43,864 nt of DNA from an uncultured Oscillospiraceae bacterium (GCA_904398675.1 CAJFPI010000059.1:1-43864); one strand, 5' to 3'; shown: positions 8,768 through 17,257, counted from the first letter of the stretch. Notes: generated from the sequence alone by a model not told the origin. A program made the numbers and translations.

Positions 8768-8806
8768 GCCTGCCGAAAGCAGGCCGGGAATTTTCCTTCT
8801 AAAGGG
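8768..8806 (+). terminator. Rho-independent terminator
   Basis: GAAATTCCCGGCCTGC-cgaaa-GCAGGCCGGGAATTTT, a 15-16 bp stem running into a T tract. Confidence 0.7.
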
Positions 8807-8854
8807 AACCTGCCCTGCATAGGATGGGACCAAACGGGAGAAGGAGGGGGTCCC

Positions 8855-9814
8855 ATGGCGGAGACTGTGCGCCGCAGCGCCAGATATAAGGGAAAACGGG
8901 TGAGCGTTCACAGGCCGCGCCCTGCGGCGCGGCGTCCGCCTGCAGGGCGCAGGGGCAGCGGCGCCCTCAGTGACAGCCAGCGCCGCCGGATGGTGCAGCT
9001 GGTGGCAGCGGGCGGGATCTTCGTGCTGCTGGTGATGTGGAAACTGCTGGCGCCGGAGAGCCTTGCGTCCGTTGCCTCCACGGTGCGAAACGCCCTGGGG
9101 CAGGACGCGGATTTCAAGGCGGCGTTCTCCGCCGTGGGGCGGGCCATCGCCGGCGACGAGGGGGTGGGGGAGAGCCTCCAGGAGGCCTACACGGCGGTGT
9201 TTGCCCCCGGTCGCTACCATGCGGCCCAGGCCTCCGCCACCATTGCGGCGGCGGAACAGATGTCGCCCTCTGCCAACCGCCTGCGGGAGCGGCTGGCGCC
9301 CTATCTCGACAGGGAGGAAACACAGGCCGAAGAGGAGGAGCGGCAGCCGGCGGACAGCCAGTCCCTGGTGTTTTTCAGCGCCGCTGCTCCAGCCAATGTC
9401 TCCTTTGAGCAGGCGGTGATGGGCTTTTCCTACGCTACCCCCGCCCAGGGGACCATGACCGATACCTTCGGCTATCGGGACCACCCCATCTACCACGAGG
9501 AGCGGTTCCACTACGGGCTTGACATTGCCAACGCCACCGGCACCGCCATCCACGCCTTTGCCGACGGGACAGTGAAGGCCATCGGGGAGAGCGACGCCCT
9601 GGGCCTCTATGTGATGCTGAGCCACGCAAACGACGTCACCACCATCTATGCCCACTGCAGCGCGGTGGAGGTATCCACAGGGCAGACGGTCAAGATGGGG
9701 GACACCATCGCCCAGATGGGAGCCACGGGCCTTGCCACCGGCTCCCATCTTCATTTTGAGGTGCTGAAGGGGGACACCTACCTCAACCCCATCTACTATG
9801 TGGAGGTCCACTAA
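8855..9814 (+). CDS. Membrane-anchored M23/LytM peptidase (SpoIVFA-like position)
   Basis: 319 aa. It has a basic N-terminus, a TM segment (LVAAGGIFVLLVMWKLL) and a C-terminal LytM domain with HYGLD (HxxxD) and SHLHFE (HxH) motifs. GAAGGAGGGGG SD. Confidence 0.85.
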   Translation: MAETVRRSARYKGKRVSVHRPRPAARRPPAGRRGSGALSDSQRRRMVQLVAAGGIFVLLVMWKLLAPESLASVASTVRNALGQDADFKAAFSAVGRAIAGDEGVGESLQEAYTAVFAPGRYHAAQASATIAAAEQMSPSANRLRERLAPYLDREETQAEEEERQPADSQSLVFFSAAAPANVSFEQAVMGFSYATPAQGTMTDTFGYRDHPIYHEERFHYGLDIANATGTAIHAFADGTVKAIGESDALGLYVMLSHANDVTTIYAHCSAVEVSTGQTVKMGDTIAQMGATGLATGSHLHFEVLKGDTYLNPIYYVEVH

Positions 9815-10388
9815 ATTCCGGATCTCCTCCGGCGCGGCGCTGCTGCTGGTGCTGGCCCTGCTGTGGGGGGCGGCGCCGGTGGTGCCCCATGTGCTGGTGG
9901 CGGCCGTCTGCCACGAGCTGGGGCACCTTGTAGTGCTGTGGTGCTTTCATGTGCCGGTGGAGGCGGTGGTGGTGACGTCCATGGGGGCGGTGATCTGCGC
10001 CCCGAACCAGGAGCGGCTGAGCTACCCCAGGGAGCTTTTGGCAGTGCTGGCGGGGGCGGGTGTCAATCTGCTGCTGGCGGTGATTTTTGCCCGTGTCTCC
10101 GGCGACTACCTCTTCGCCGGGGCCAATTTTTTGCTGGGCGTCTACAACCTGCTGCCTGTCCAGGGCCTGGACGGGGGGCGGGCGCTGTATCTGCTGATCG
10201 CCTGGCGGACCGAGCCCTTTACCGCCCAGCGCCTGGCCGCGCTGGTAAATGCCGTCGTCCTGGCGGTGCTGCTGGGGGTGTCTGCGGCGCTGCTCTATTT
10301 TACCGGCAGCGGGCTGTTCTGCCTTGTGGGCGCTGCAGGCATGATCTTCGGGCAATTCAGGGTTGCCAAACGGGAGAGAAAACGATAG
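9798..10388 (+). CDS. M50 site-2 protease family protein (short SpoIVFB-like, no CBS domain)
   Basis: 196 aa and polytopic. The HELGH zinc motif and NLLPVQGLDGG (the NxxPxxxxDGG S2P motif) are present. The start overlaps the end of the M23 gene by 17 nt. Confidence 0.8.
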   Translation: MWRSTKFRISSGAALLLVLALLWGAAPVVPHVLVAAVCHELGHLVVLWCFHVPVEAVVVTSMGAVICAPNQERLSYPRELLAVLAGAGVNLLLAVIFARVSGDYLFAGANFLLGVYNLLPVQGLDGGRALYLLIAWRTEPFTAQRLAALVNAVVLAVLLGVSAALLYFTGSGLFCLVGAAGMIFGQFRVAKRERKR

Positions 10389-10459
10389 AATACTAGGGAC
10401 AAACGGATCAAGCGGGCGCGGCGTCGCGTCCTGACAACGATACAAAGGAGAATCATCTT

Positions 10460-12295
10460 TTGGATAAGAAATTGGAGCGCATCCTGCCCCGCGTCCAAAA
10501 GCCGGCCAGGTATGTGGGCGGCGAGTACAACGCGGTGGTGAAGGACAAATCCCAGGTGGACACCCGGGTGGCATTCTGCTTTCCGGACACCTATGAGATC
10601 GGCATGTCGAACCTCGGCATGCGGATCCTCTACGGCGTTATGAACAACATGGAGGGGGTCTGGTGCGAGCGGGTGTTCGCCCCCTGGGGGGACATGGAGG
10701 AGCAGATGCGGGAGCATCACATCCCCCTCTACGGCCTGGAGAGCGGGGATCCGGTGGGGGATTTTGACATGGTGGCCTTCTCCATCGGCTATGAGATGGC
10801 CTATCCGGCCGTGCTGAACATGCTGGACCTGAGCGGCATCCCCCTGCGCTCTGAGGACCGGGGAACAGCCCTGCGGCCTTTGGTGATCGCAGGGGGGACC
10901 GCCATGTATAACCCGGAGCCCCTGGCGGACTTTATCGATCTGGCCCTTATCGGCGAGGGGGAGGAGGAGCTGCCGGAGCTCATCGCCCTCTACCACACCG
11001 CCCGGGCGGAGGGGTGGGACAAGCCCCGCTTTCTCCGCACGGCCAGCGGGATCCAGGGGGTCTATGTCCCCTCTCTTTACGACGTGACCTACCATGAGGA
11101 CGGCACTGTGGCCGCCATTACCGCCCTGGATGGGGCCCCGGAAAAGGTGTGCAAACGCCTGATCCGGGACATGGACGGCGCCTACTTCCCGGTGAAGTCC
11201 ATCGTCCCCACCACAGAGATCGTCCATGACCGGGTGACGCTGGAGCTGTTCCGGGGCTGCATCCGGGGCTGCCGGTTCTGCCAGGCGGGGTATGTCTACC
11301 GCCCGGTCCGCTGCCGCAGCAAGGACAAGCTGGTGGACTGCGGCATCCGGGCCTGTGAGGACACAGGCTACCAGGAGATGACCCTGTCCAGCCTCTCCAC
11401 CAGCGACTACCCGGAGCTGGTGGCGCTGTGCGACGATCTGGCGGACTACTGCGACAAGCACCATGTGGGGCTGAGCCTCCCCAGCCTCCGGGCAGACAAC
11501 TTCTCCATGGATCTCACCGAGCGCATGGCCCGGGGGCGCAAGGCGGGGCTCACCTTTGCCCCGGAGGCCGGGAGCCAGCGCCTGCGGGACGCCATCAATA
11601 AAAATCTCACGGAGGAGGACCTGATGGAGAGCCTCCGCCGGGCCTTCTCCAAGGGGTGGAGCAGCGTCAAGCTATACTTTATGCTGGGCCTCCCCACAGA
11701 GACTGACGAGGACATCATCGGCATCGCCGAGATGGCGGACCATGTGGTCCACTGCTGGCGGGAGCACGCCAGCAACAAGGCCCGGGGGGTGCGAATCACC
11801 GTGTCCACCTCCTGGTTTGTGCCCAAGCCCTTCACCGCCTTCCAGTGGGAGCCCCAGATCTCCCGGGCGGAGTATGAGCGCCGGGTGAAACTCCTGCGGG
11901 AGCACATGACCGCCCGGGCCGTCACCTACAACTGGCACGACGGGGACACCAGCTTTCTGGAGGCTGTTTTGGCCAGAGGGGACCGGCGGCTGGGCCGGGT
12001 GCTGGAGGCGGCCTTCCGCAAGGGGGCCCATCTGGACGCCTGGCAGGACTACTTTGATCTGGGGCGCTGGCTGGAGGCTTTTCAGGGGTGCGGCCTCGAT
12101 CCGGCCTTCTACGCCAACCGCACCCGCGAAAAAGATGAAATCTTCCCCTGGTCCATGATCTCCTGCGGCGTTGGCGACGGCTACCTCTGGCGGGAGCGGG
12201 AGCGGGCGTATCAGTCCCTCACCACCCCCGACTGCCGCACCCAGTGCAGCGGCTGCGGAGCCAACAAAATGGTGGGAGGTGAGTGTCATGTCTGA
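10460..12295 (+). CDS. Radical SAM protein, TIGR03960-like (B12-binding-like N-domain plus rSAM core), function unknown
   Basis: 611 aa with a TTG start and AAAGGAG SD. The N-terminus ILPRVQKPARYVGGEYN is typical of this family. CIRGCRFCQAG is a CX3CX2C cluster motif. Confidence 0.85.
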   Translation: MDKKLERILPRVQKPARYVGGEYNAVVKDKSQVDTRVAFCFPDTYEIGMSNLGMRILYGVMNNMEGVWCERVFAPWGDMEEQMREHHIPLYGLESGDPVGDFDMVAFSIGYEMAYPAVLNMLDLSGIPLRSEDRGTALRPLVIAGGTAMYNPEPLADFIDLALIGEGEEELPELIALYHTARAEGWDKPRFLRTASGIQGVYVPSLYDVTYHEDGTVAAITALDGAPEKVCKRLIRDMDGAYFPVKSIVPTTEIVHDRVTLELFRGCIRGCRFCQAGYVYRPVRCRSKDKLVDCGIRACEDTGYQEMTLSSLSTSDYPELVALCDDLADYCDKHHVGLSLPSLRADNFSMDLTERMARGRKAGLTFAPEAGSQRLRDAINKNLTEEDLMESLRRAFSKGWSSVKLYFMLGLPTETDEDIIGIAEMADHVVHCWREHASNKARGVRITVSTSWFVPKPFTAFQWEPQISRAEYERRVKLLREHMTARAVTYNWHDGDTSFLEAVLARGDRRLGRVLEAAFRKGAHLDAWQDYFDLGRWLEAFQGCGLDPAFYANRTREKDEIFPWSMISCGVGDGYLWRERERAYQSLTTPDCRTQCSGCGANKMVGGECHV

Positions 12296-12950
12296 GTACC
12301 GCCTGGTGTTTGCCAAGGAGGGGCGGGCCGTGTGGATCTCCCACCTGGACCTGCTGCGGACCTTCCAACGTGCCTTTATCCGCGCCGGTATGGTCATCAA
12401 GCACTCCCAGGGGTTCCACCCCCACCCGATCCTGTCCTTTGTCCTGCCGCTGTCTGTGGGGCAGGCCAGCGGCTGTGAGCTGCTGGATTTTGCCACCCAG
12501 GAGGATATCCCCGGCGACGAGATCGTCCGGCGGCTGACGCCCTGCCTGCCGGAGGGGATCCGTGCGCTTGCCTGCCAGGCACCGGTGAAACCGGTGCGGG
12601 AGCTGGACGCCCTCCAGGCGGAGGTGCGTCTGACCTACGACGGCGGCATTCCCCAGGGAGCGGGAGAGAAGATCTGCGCCCTGCTCTTGGGGGAGCATGT
12701 GGTGGTGGAAAAGCGCAATAAGAAAAAGCGGATGGTGGATACGGATATCCGCCCCATGATCCGCGCGGTCTTTGCCCAGGAGGACGACCGCGATCTGCTG
12801 CTCTCCGTCACGGTCCAGGCACAAAATCCGGGCGTGAACCCCGCGCTGCTGGCCGCCGCCGTGGAGCGGCATCTGCCGCCGCTGCGGCCGGACGCGGTTC
12901 AGGTGCGGCGGACCGCCATGCTGGACGGGACGGGAAAATTGTTTCGCTGA
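12288..12950 (+). CDS. TIGR03936/DUF2344-like radical-SAM-associated protein
   Basis: Internal start MSEYRLVFAKEGRAVWISHLDLLRTFQRAFIRAG in track ORF 12171..12950, with GGGAGGTGA SD. It overlaps the rSAM gene by 8 nt. Confidence 0.8.
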   Translation: MSEYRLVFAKEGRAVWISHLDLLRTFQRAFIRAGMVIKHSQGFHPHPILSFVLPLSVGQASGCELLDFATQEDIPGDEIVRRLTPCLPEGIRALACQAPVKPVRELDALQAEVRLTYDGGIPQGAGEKICALLLGEHVVVEKRNKKKRMVDTDIRPMIRAVFAQEDDRDLLLSVTVQAQNPGVNPALLAAAVERHLPPLRPDAVQVRRTAMLDGTGKLFR

Positions 12951-12971
12951 GGGGCAGTTTGGGAGGTGCCT

Positions 12972-13475
12972 ATGGGTAAAAAATGGAGAGGGCTGGCCCT
13001 GGCCGCTGTCCTGTGCCTGGTCCTCGCAGGCTGCACCCCCGCCCAGCCGGAGGAGGAGCCCGATGTCCCCTACCGCAACATCTCCTTTCAGGAGGGGCAG
13101 TGGTACGCCGCGGCCTACCTGGGCTACGGGGAGATGGGGGATCTGGCCGCCTATCAGGAGGCATATCTGGAGGGCGCCAGCGTCCCGGTGCACTACTTCT
13201 CCCCGGGCGAATTTTACCTCATCATTCCCCGTTATCCGGACATGGCGGTCAGGCTTTATATCAACGACATCAACGGCGCGGAACCGTCCCTGGCCTATGA
13301 GGCGGAAAGCTGCGTTCCCTTTGTGATGCAGTGCAACATCAGCGATATCTTCTGCGACGTAACGGTGGAGCTGACCTATCAGGGGGAGACGGCGGCCTTT
13401 TCCCCCTATATCTCCCTGGAGGACGGCAGCGTTCAGGTGGGGGACCGGGGGCTGGATCTCACAAAAACCGCCTGA
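12972..13475 (+). CDS. Hypothetical lipoprotein
   Basis: MGKKWRGLALAAVLCLVLAGC contains a lipobox (LAGC). GGGAGG SD lies 5 nt upstream of the ATG at 12972. No recognisable domain. Confidence 0.7.
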   Translation: MGKKWRGLALAAVLCLVLAGCTPAQPEEEPDVPYRNISFQEGQWYAAAYLGYGEMGDLAAYQEAYLEGASVPVHYFSPGEFYLIIPRYPDMAVRLYINDINGAEPSLAYEAESCVPFVMQCNISDIFCDVTVELTYQGETAAFSPYISLEDGSVQVGDRGLDLTKTA

Positions 13476-13510
13476 ACCGCTGGATTTTGCCGGGATTTAG
13501 AAAAAAAGGC

Positions 13511-13539
13511 TTGCATTTTTCTCCCTGCTGTGGTATCCT
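13511..13539 (+). promoter_or_regulatory. Candidate sigma-A promoter for rplS, followed by a leader of about 100 nt
   Basis: TTGCAT (13511-13516), 17-nt spacer, then TATCCT (13534-13539) preceded by TGG. The leader contains a 7-bp hairpin GATTTCC-n10-GGAAATC. Confidence 0.45.
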
Positions 13540-13640
13540 ATCATGGCGATAAAGGGCGGTCCTCTGCCGTAGATTTCCGGAGATGTGTGGAAATCCTCAC
13601 AAGACGCGCATGAACGCCTGTAAATTAGGAGGAAAAATCC

Positions 13641-13979
13641 ATGGATCTCATCAAAGAGCTGACTAAGTCCCAGCTGAAGGAAATGCCCGCTGTCAACGTG
13701 GGCGACACCGTCCGGGTGCATGTGAAGGTAAGAGAAGGTTCCCGTGAGCGCATTCAGGTGTTTGAGGGTACCGTCATCGCCAAGAAACACGGCGGGATCG
13801 GCGAGACCATCACGGTCCGCCGCGTCTCCTACGGTGTGGGCGTGGAGAAGGTCTTCCCCCTGCACTCCCCCTCGATCGACAAGATCGAGACTGTGCGCCA
13901 CGGTTTTGTTCGCCGTGCCAAGCTGTACTACCTGCGCAACCGCGTGGGCAAGGCTGCCAAGGTCCGCGAGAAACTGTAA
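13641..13979 (+). CDS. rplS: 50S ribosomal protein L19
   Basis: 112 aa. [58 protein letters not shown] is unmistakably L19. AGGAGG SD. Confidence 0.95.
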   Translation: MDLIKELTKSQLKEMPAVNVGDTVRVHVKVREGSRERIQVFEGTVIAKKHGGIGETITVRRVSYGVGVEKVFPLHSPSIDKIETVRHGFVRRAKLYYLRNRVGKAAKVREKL

Positions 13980-13981
13980 GC

Positions 13982-14022
13982 AAAAAAAGGACGCCGCATC
14001 TGCTGATGCGGCGTCCTTTTTT
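13982..14022. terminator. Rho-independent (bidirectional-looking) terminator after rplS
   Basis: AAAAAAAGGACGCCGCATC-tgct-GATGCGGCGTCCTTTTTT. Perfect 12-bp GC-rich stem flanked by A and T tracts. Confidence 0.85.
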
Positions 14023-14173
14023 ATTATGCAAGCCCATGGCAGACGGCTGACCCGCTTTTGGTGGCGCGGCCATGAAAGCCCCAGGCAAAACCTTCACGCG
14101 CCTCTTTGTTTTCCGGTGTTTATACCGCGGCTGCGGCACATAGGGCTTTAGGCAACAGGCAATGAGACGTCTC

Positions 14174-14214
14174 TTGACAAATATACTCAATCTTATATAA
14201 TCAAGATTGAGTAT
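14174..14214 (+). promoter_or_regulatory. Consensus sigma-A promoter with an embedded 12-bp inverted repeat (probable PadR operator)
   Basis: TTGACA (14174-14179), 16-nt spacer, TATAAT (14196-14201). The perfect inverted repeat ATACTCAATCTT (14183-14194) / AAGATTGAGTAT (14203-14214) brackets the -10. Confidence 0.6.
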
Positions 14215-14235
14215 TTGGGAGACAGGAGGCATGCT

Positions 14236-14769
14236 ATGACAAAGCTGCTGATTCTGGGGCTGCTGGATACGCAGCCCATGTCCGGCTACGATCTGCAGCA
14301 GAAGATCGGCCGGGCGGATGCCCGGAGATGGGGCGGCGTTCTGCCGGGCTCCATCTACTATGCCCTGAAAAAGCTGGAGGAGGAGGGCGATATTGCCCTG
14401 GCGGAGGTGGGGCAGACAGGCCGCCGGCAGAGAGCGGTCTATGCCATCACGCCCCAGGGGAGGCGCAGCCTGCAGACCCTGGTGCGCGATGTGCTGCGCA
14501 CGCCTGCTTCCCCCTATCCCACGGAGCTGTTCAGCGGCCTGTCTCTGCTGGACAGGCTGCCCCGTCCCGAGGCTGTGCAGGCCCTGCGGGAGCGGCGGAA
14601 ACGGCTGGCGGCGGAATATGACGCGCTCCTTCAAAAGCGGGAGGGCAACACGGGGCAGGTGGTTTCCCGGATTGCGGCGCTGACCATTGACCATATGTTC
14701 GCCCTGGTCCAGCAGCAGCAGAAATTTGTGGAGAGCGTGCTGGCGGCGCTGGAGGAGGAGACAGGATGA
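14236..14769 (+). CDS. PadR-family transcriptional regulator (long, PadR-1 type)
   Basis: Internal start MTKLLILGLLDTQPMSGYDLQQKI...GSIYYALKKLEEEG in track ORF 14215..14769. AGGAGG SD lies 6 nt upstream. Confidence 0.85.
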   Translation: MTKLLILGLLDTQPMSGYDLQQKIGRADARRWGGVLPGSIYYALKKLEEEGDIALAEVGQTGRRQRAVYAITPQGRRSLQTLVRDVLRTPASPYPTELFSGLSLLDRLPRPEAVQALRERRKRLAAEYDALLQKREGNTGQVVSRIAALTIDHMFALVQQQQKFVESVLAALEEETG

Positions 14770-15831
14770 TCGTGATTGCTTTATGCCTGCTGGCCGCAGT
14801 GTGTGTAATGGGCGCGGCGCTGCTCGTGGCCCGGCGGATCGTCCGGAAAAAACGGCAGGACTGGGGGGAGGCGGGGATCCAGACGGCGGCATTTATGACG
14901 CTGGGCGGGATACAGCAGTATATCCAAATCCGGGGGCGGGACAGGAGGAATCCCCTTCTTCTGGTGCTCCATGGGGGGGCCGGGCAATCCGCTGGGCGGC
15001 GTGTCCTATGCCTGGCAGGGCATGCTGGAGCAGGCGTATACAGTGGTGCACTGGGACCAGCGGGGCTGTGGGAATACCTGGTACAGAAACCGGAACGCTG
15101 CGCGGCCCGCGCTGGAGATCCTGCTGGCGGACCTGGATGAGCTGGTGGACCGGCTCTGCTCCCAATTCGACCAGAAACAGGTGATCTTGATGGGTCACTC
15201 CTGGGGGACATTTCTGGGCAGCCACTATGCTGCCAGACACCCGGAGAAGATCATCGCCTTTCTTTCCGTCAGCCAGATGCTGGATTTGAGGCAATCCGAG
15301 GAGGCCGCAACACGGGAGGCGGTCCGGCTGGCTGCCGGGGCGGGGCGGAAAGGGGACGCGGCGCACATGGAGACGCTGCTGGAGCAGGTGATGGCGCTGC
15401 GGACCATGGGACCAGATGAGGCCAGGGTGCTGCTGACGCTGCGGCAGGTCCGGGAGCGGTATCTGCCGCCGCAGTACGGGACCTCCCTCGTTTGGCTGCG
15501 CCTGCTCTCCCCTGATGTTACCTGGGCGGAATGGCGGTGGATGTTTCAGTTTCAAAAGCTGATCGACGCCAACCGCAGTCTCTATGAGGAGCTGCTTTCG
15601 CCGCAGGCGCCCTCTCTCCCGGAGCATTACGAGGTGCCGGTGATCATCGTGATGGGAGAGCGGGACTGGACCACGCCTGTCCCGCTGGCGGAGGCGTACT
15701 GCCACCGGATCACAGCGCCGGAAAAGCGGCTGATCACCATCGGCGGCGCGGGCCACCTGCCGTTTCTGGAGCAGCCGGAGGGGTTTTCTGCCGCGGTGGA
15801 GAAAGCCCTGCAGGAGCTGAAGACCAGCTGA
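14766..15831 (+). pseudogene. Membrane-anchored alpha/beta hydrolase (proline-iminopeptidase-like) interrupted by a frameshift in a G7 run
   Basis: Track ORF 14766..15140 reads ...NPLLLVLHGG. The +1 frame ORF 14971..15831 continues GPGNPLGG...VVHWDQRGCGNT...LMGHSWG (GxSxG)...GAGHLPF. The two frames join in GGGGGGG at 14973-14979, and deleting one G restores a single ORF of about 354 aa. The start overlaps the padR stop (ATGA). Confidence 0.75.
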
Positions 15832-15988
15832 CGGCGCCCGCCGGCTGGAGAGAATTTCCGCGCCTCGCCGGAAAGCGACGGGAATCTGCCGGGCGCATCG
15901 GACAAAATGTAAACAAAGGATGAACCTTTCTCCGGTGCAGGAACTTTTCCCCTGGCGGAGCGTCTATCCAAACGAGGTGATGAAGAGG

Positions 15989-17200
15989 ATGAAAAGAGTA
16001 TTGCTGCTTTTGCTGGTGGTTGGGATCGCCTGCGGGCTGGCGGCCTGCCAGGGCAATCTGGTGCAGTCCCCTTATGCGGAGAGCGACTTTGACGCATCCG
16101 GGGCGGTCACGCTGACCACCGAGCGCTCCAGCTACGACATCAGCGTGGAGAGCTATACCTACTATATCACGAACAATACGGAGGAGCCCATCCAGTTTAC
16201 CCCGGACTATATGATTGAGTATCTGAGCGATGGCCAGTGGAGCACGCTGCCCCGTTCAGAGGAGTATCAGGAGGGCTCGGCCTCTCAAAATGTGACGACT
16301 GTGGCGCCGGGGGAGACCGGCAGCGGCAGTTTCAGTTTCTGGTCCTATGATTTCACGGTGACGGAGGGGACCTACCGGCTGATCAAGCCTGTGGGAGACC
16401 TTCTCTGTCAGGTGGAGTTTACCATCGGCCAGCAGAGAAACGGCGATGACGCCTATGGCTATACGCCGCTGGAGCAGCTGCCGGAGACGCTGGATCTGGA
16501 GAAGATGGACTGCGATCTGGTGATCGAAAATACCGGCACTCTGGCGGGCGGATCGGAGGAGCGGGTACTGTCCTTCCTGGAACAGGTGGCGGAGGGCGAA
16601 GGGGCGATGCTGCGGTTTGTGACGTTTACCCTGGATGGGGACCCCATTGTCCACGATGTGGTTTATGAGAACAACCATTTCCTCTACCGGCGGGATGCCA
16701 GCCGGGACCGCAGCAGCACCGAGGGGATCACCCAGCGGCGCTACAGCTACCTGATCACCGACGGCAGCACGATCTCCCTCAGCGACTACGCCTCTCCAGA
16801 GTATGCATCCGGGGAGCGGACGCTGGAGGCAGAGACGCTTACGCTGCTGGAGGAGGGCAGTTTCACCCGGTGGTCAGACCTGACGGCGGTGGTGGAGGAG
16901 ATGACGGCCAAGCGGCTGGAGACAGACGCCACCATGGCCCGCTACTGGTCAGAGGACGGCACCTATTGGGTGAATCTGACGGCGGAGCCCCTGGACTATA
17001 CTGTCACCTCCAAAACCTATGGCATGAGCCGCACGCTGACGGAGTTTCCGGAACAGACGGAGGGATTGGAGATCGTCTCCGCCCAGTGGCTCTCTGAGAC
17101 ACAGGTCCAGCTGAACTGCAGAGTATCCGGAGATGCAGAGCAGGTCTGGTACGCCGTGTTTGATGTGGAGGAGGAGACGGTGGTCTCTGCCGGCGTTTAA
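15989..17200 (+). CDS. Hypothetical lipoprotein (N-terminal beta-rich domain, then a DUF4362-like region)
   Basis: MKRVLLLLLVVGIACGLAAC contains a lipobox. GAGGTG SD lies 9 nt upstream of the ATG at 15989 (an alternative ATG is at 15980). The central segment VLSFLEQVAEGEGAMLRFVTFTLDGDPIVHDVVYENNHF resembles DUF4362 by eye. Confidence 0.65.
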   Translation: MKRVLLLLLVVGIACGLAACQGNLVQSPYAESDFDASGAVTLTTERSSYDISVESYTYYITNNTEEPIQFTPDYMIEYLSDGQWSTLPRSEEYQEGSASQNVTTVAPGETGSGSFSFWSYDFTVTEGTYRLIKPVGDLLCQVEFTIGQQRNGDDAYGYTPLEQLPETLDLEKMDCDLVIENTGTLAGGSEERVLSFLEQVAEGEGAMLRFVTFTLDGDPIVHDVVYENNHFLYRRDASRDRSSTEGITQRRYSYLITDGSTISLSDYASPEYASGERTLEAETLTLLEEGSFTRWSDLTAVVEEMTAKRLETDATMARYWSEDGTYWVNLTAEPLDYTVTSKTYGMSRTLTEFPEQTEGLEIVSAQWLSETQVQLNCRVSGDAEQVWYAVFDVEEETVVSAGV

Positions 17201-17257
17201 AGCTCTTAAAGGATGAGCCTGTTCAGCCGACGGCTGATGCAAGCAGCCATTGAAAGC

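Noticed and set aside
8806-8854. Possible sporulation sigma-E/sigma-K promoter (CATAGGAT at about 8817-8824) upstream of the spoIVFA-like gene.
   Set aside because: The -10 resembles CATAnnnTA/CATACAnT only partially. No matching -35 element (ATA or AC at the right spacing) could be found, so the evidence is too weak to call.
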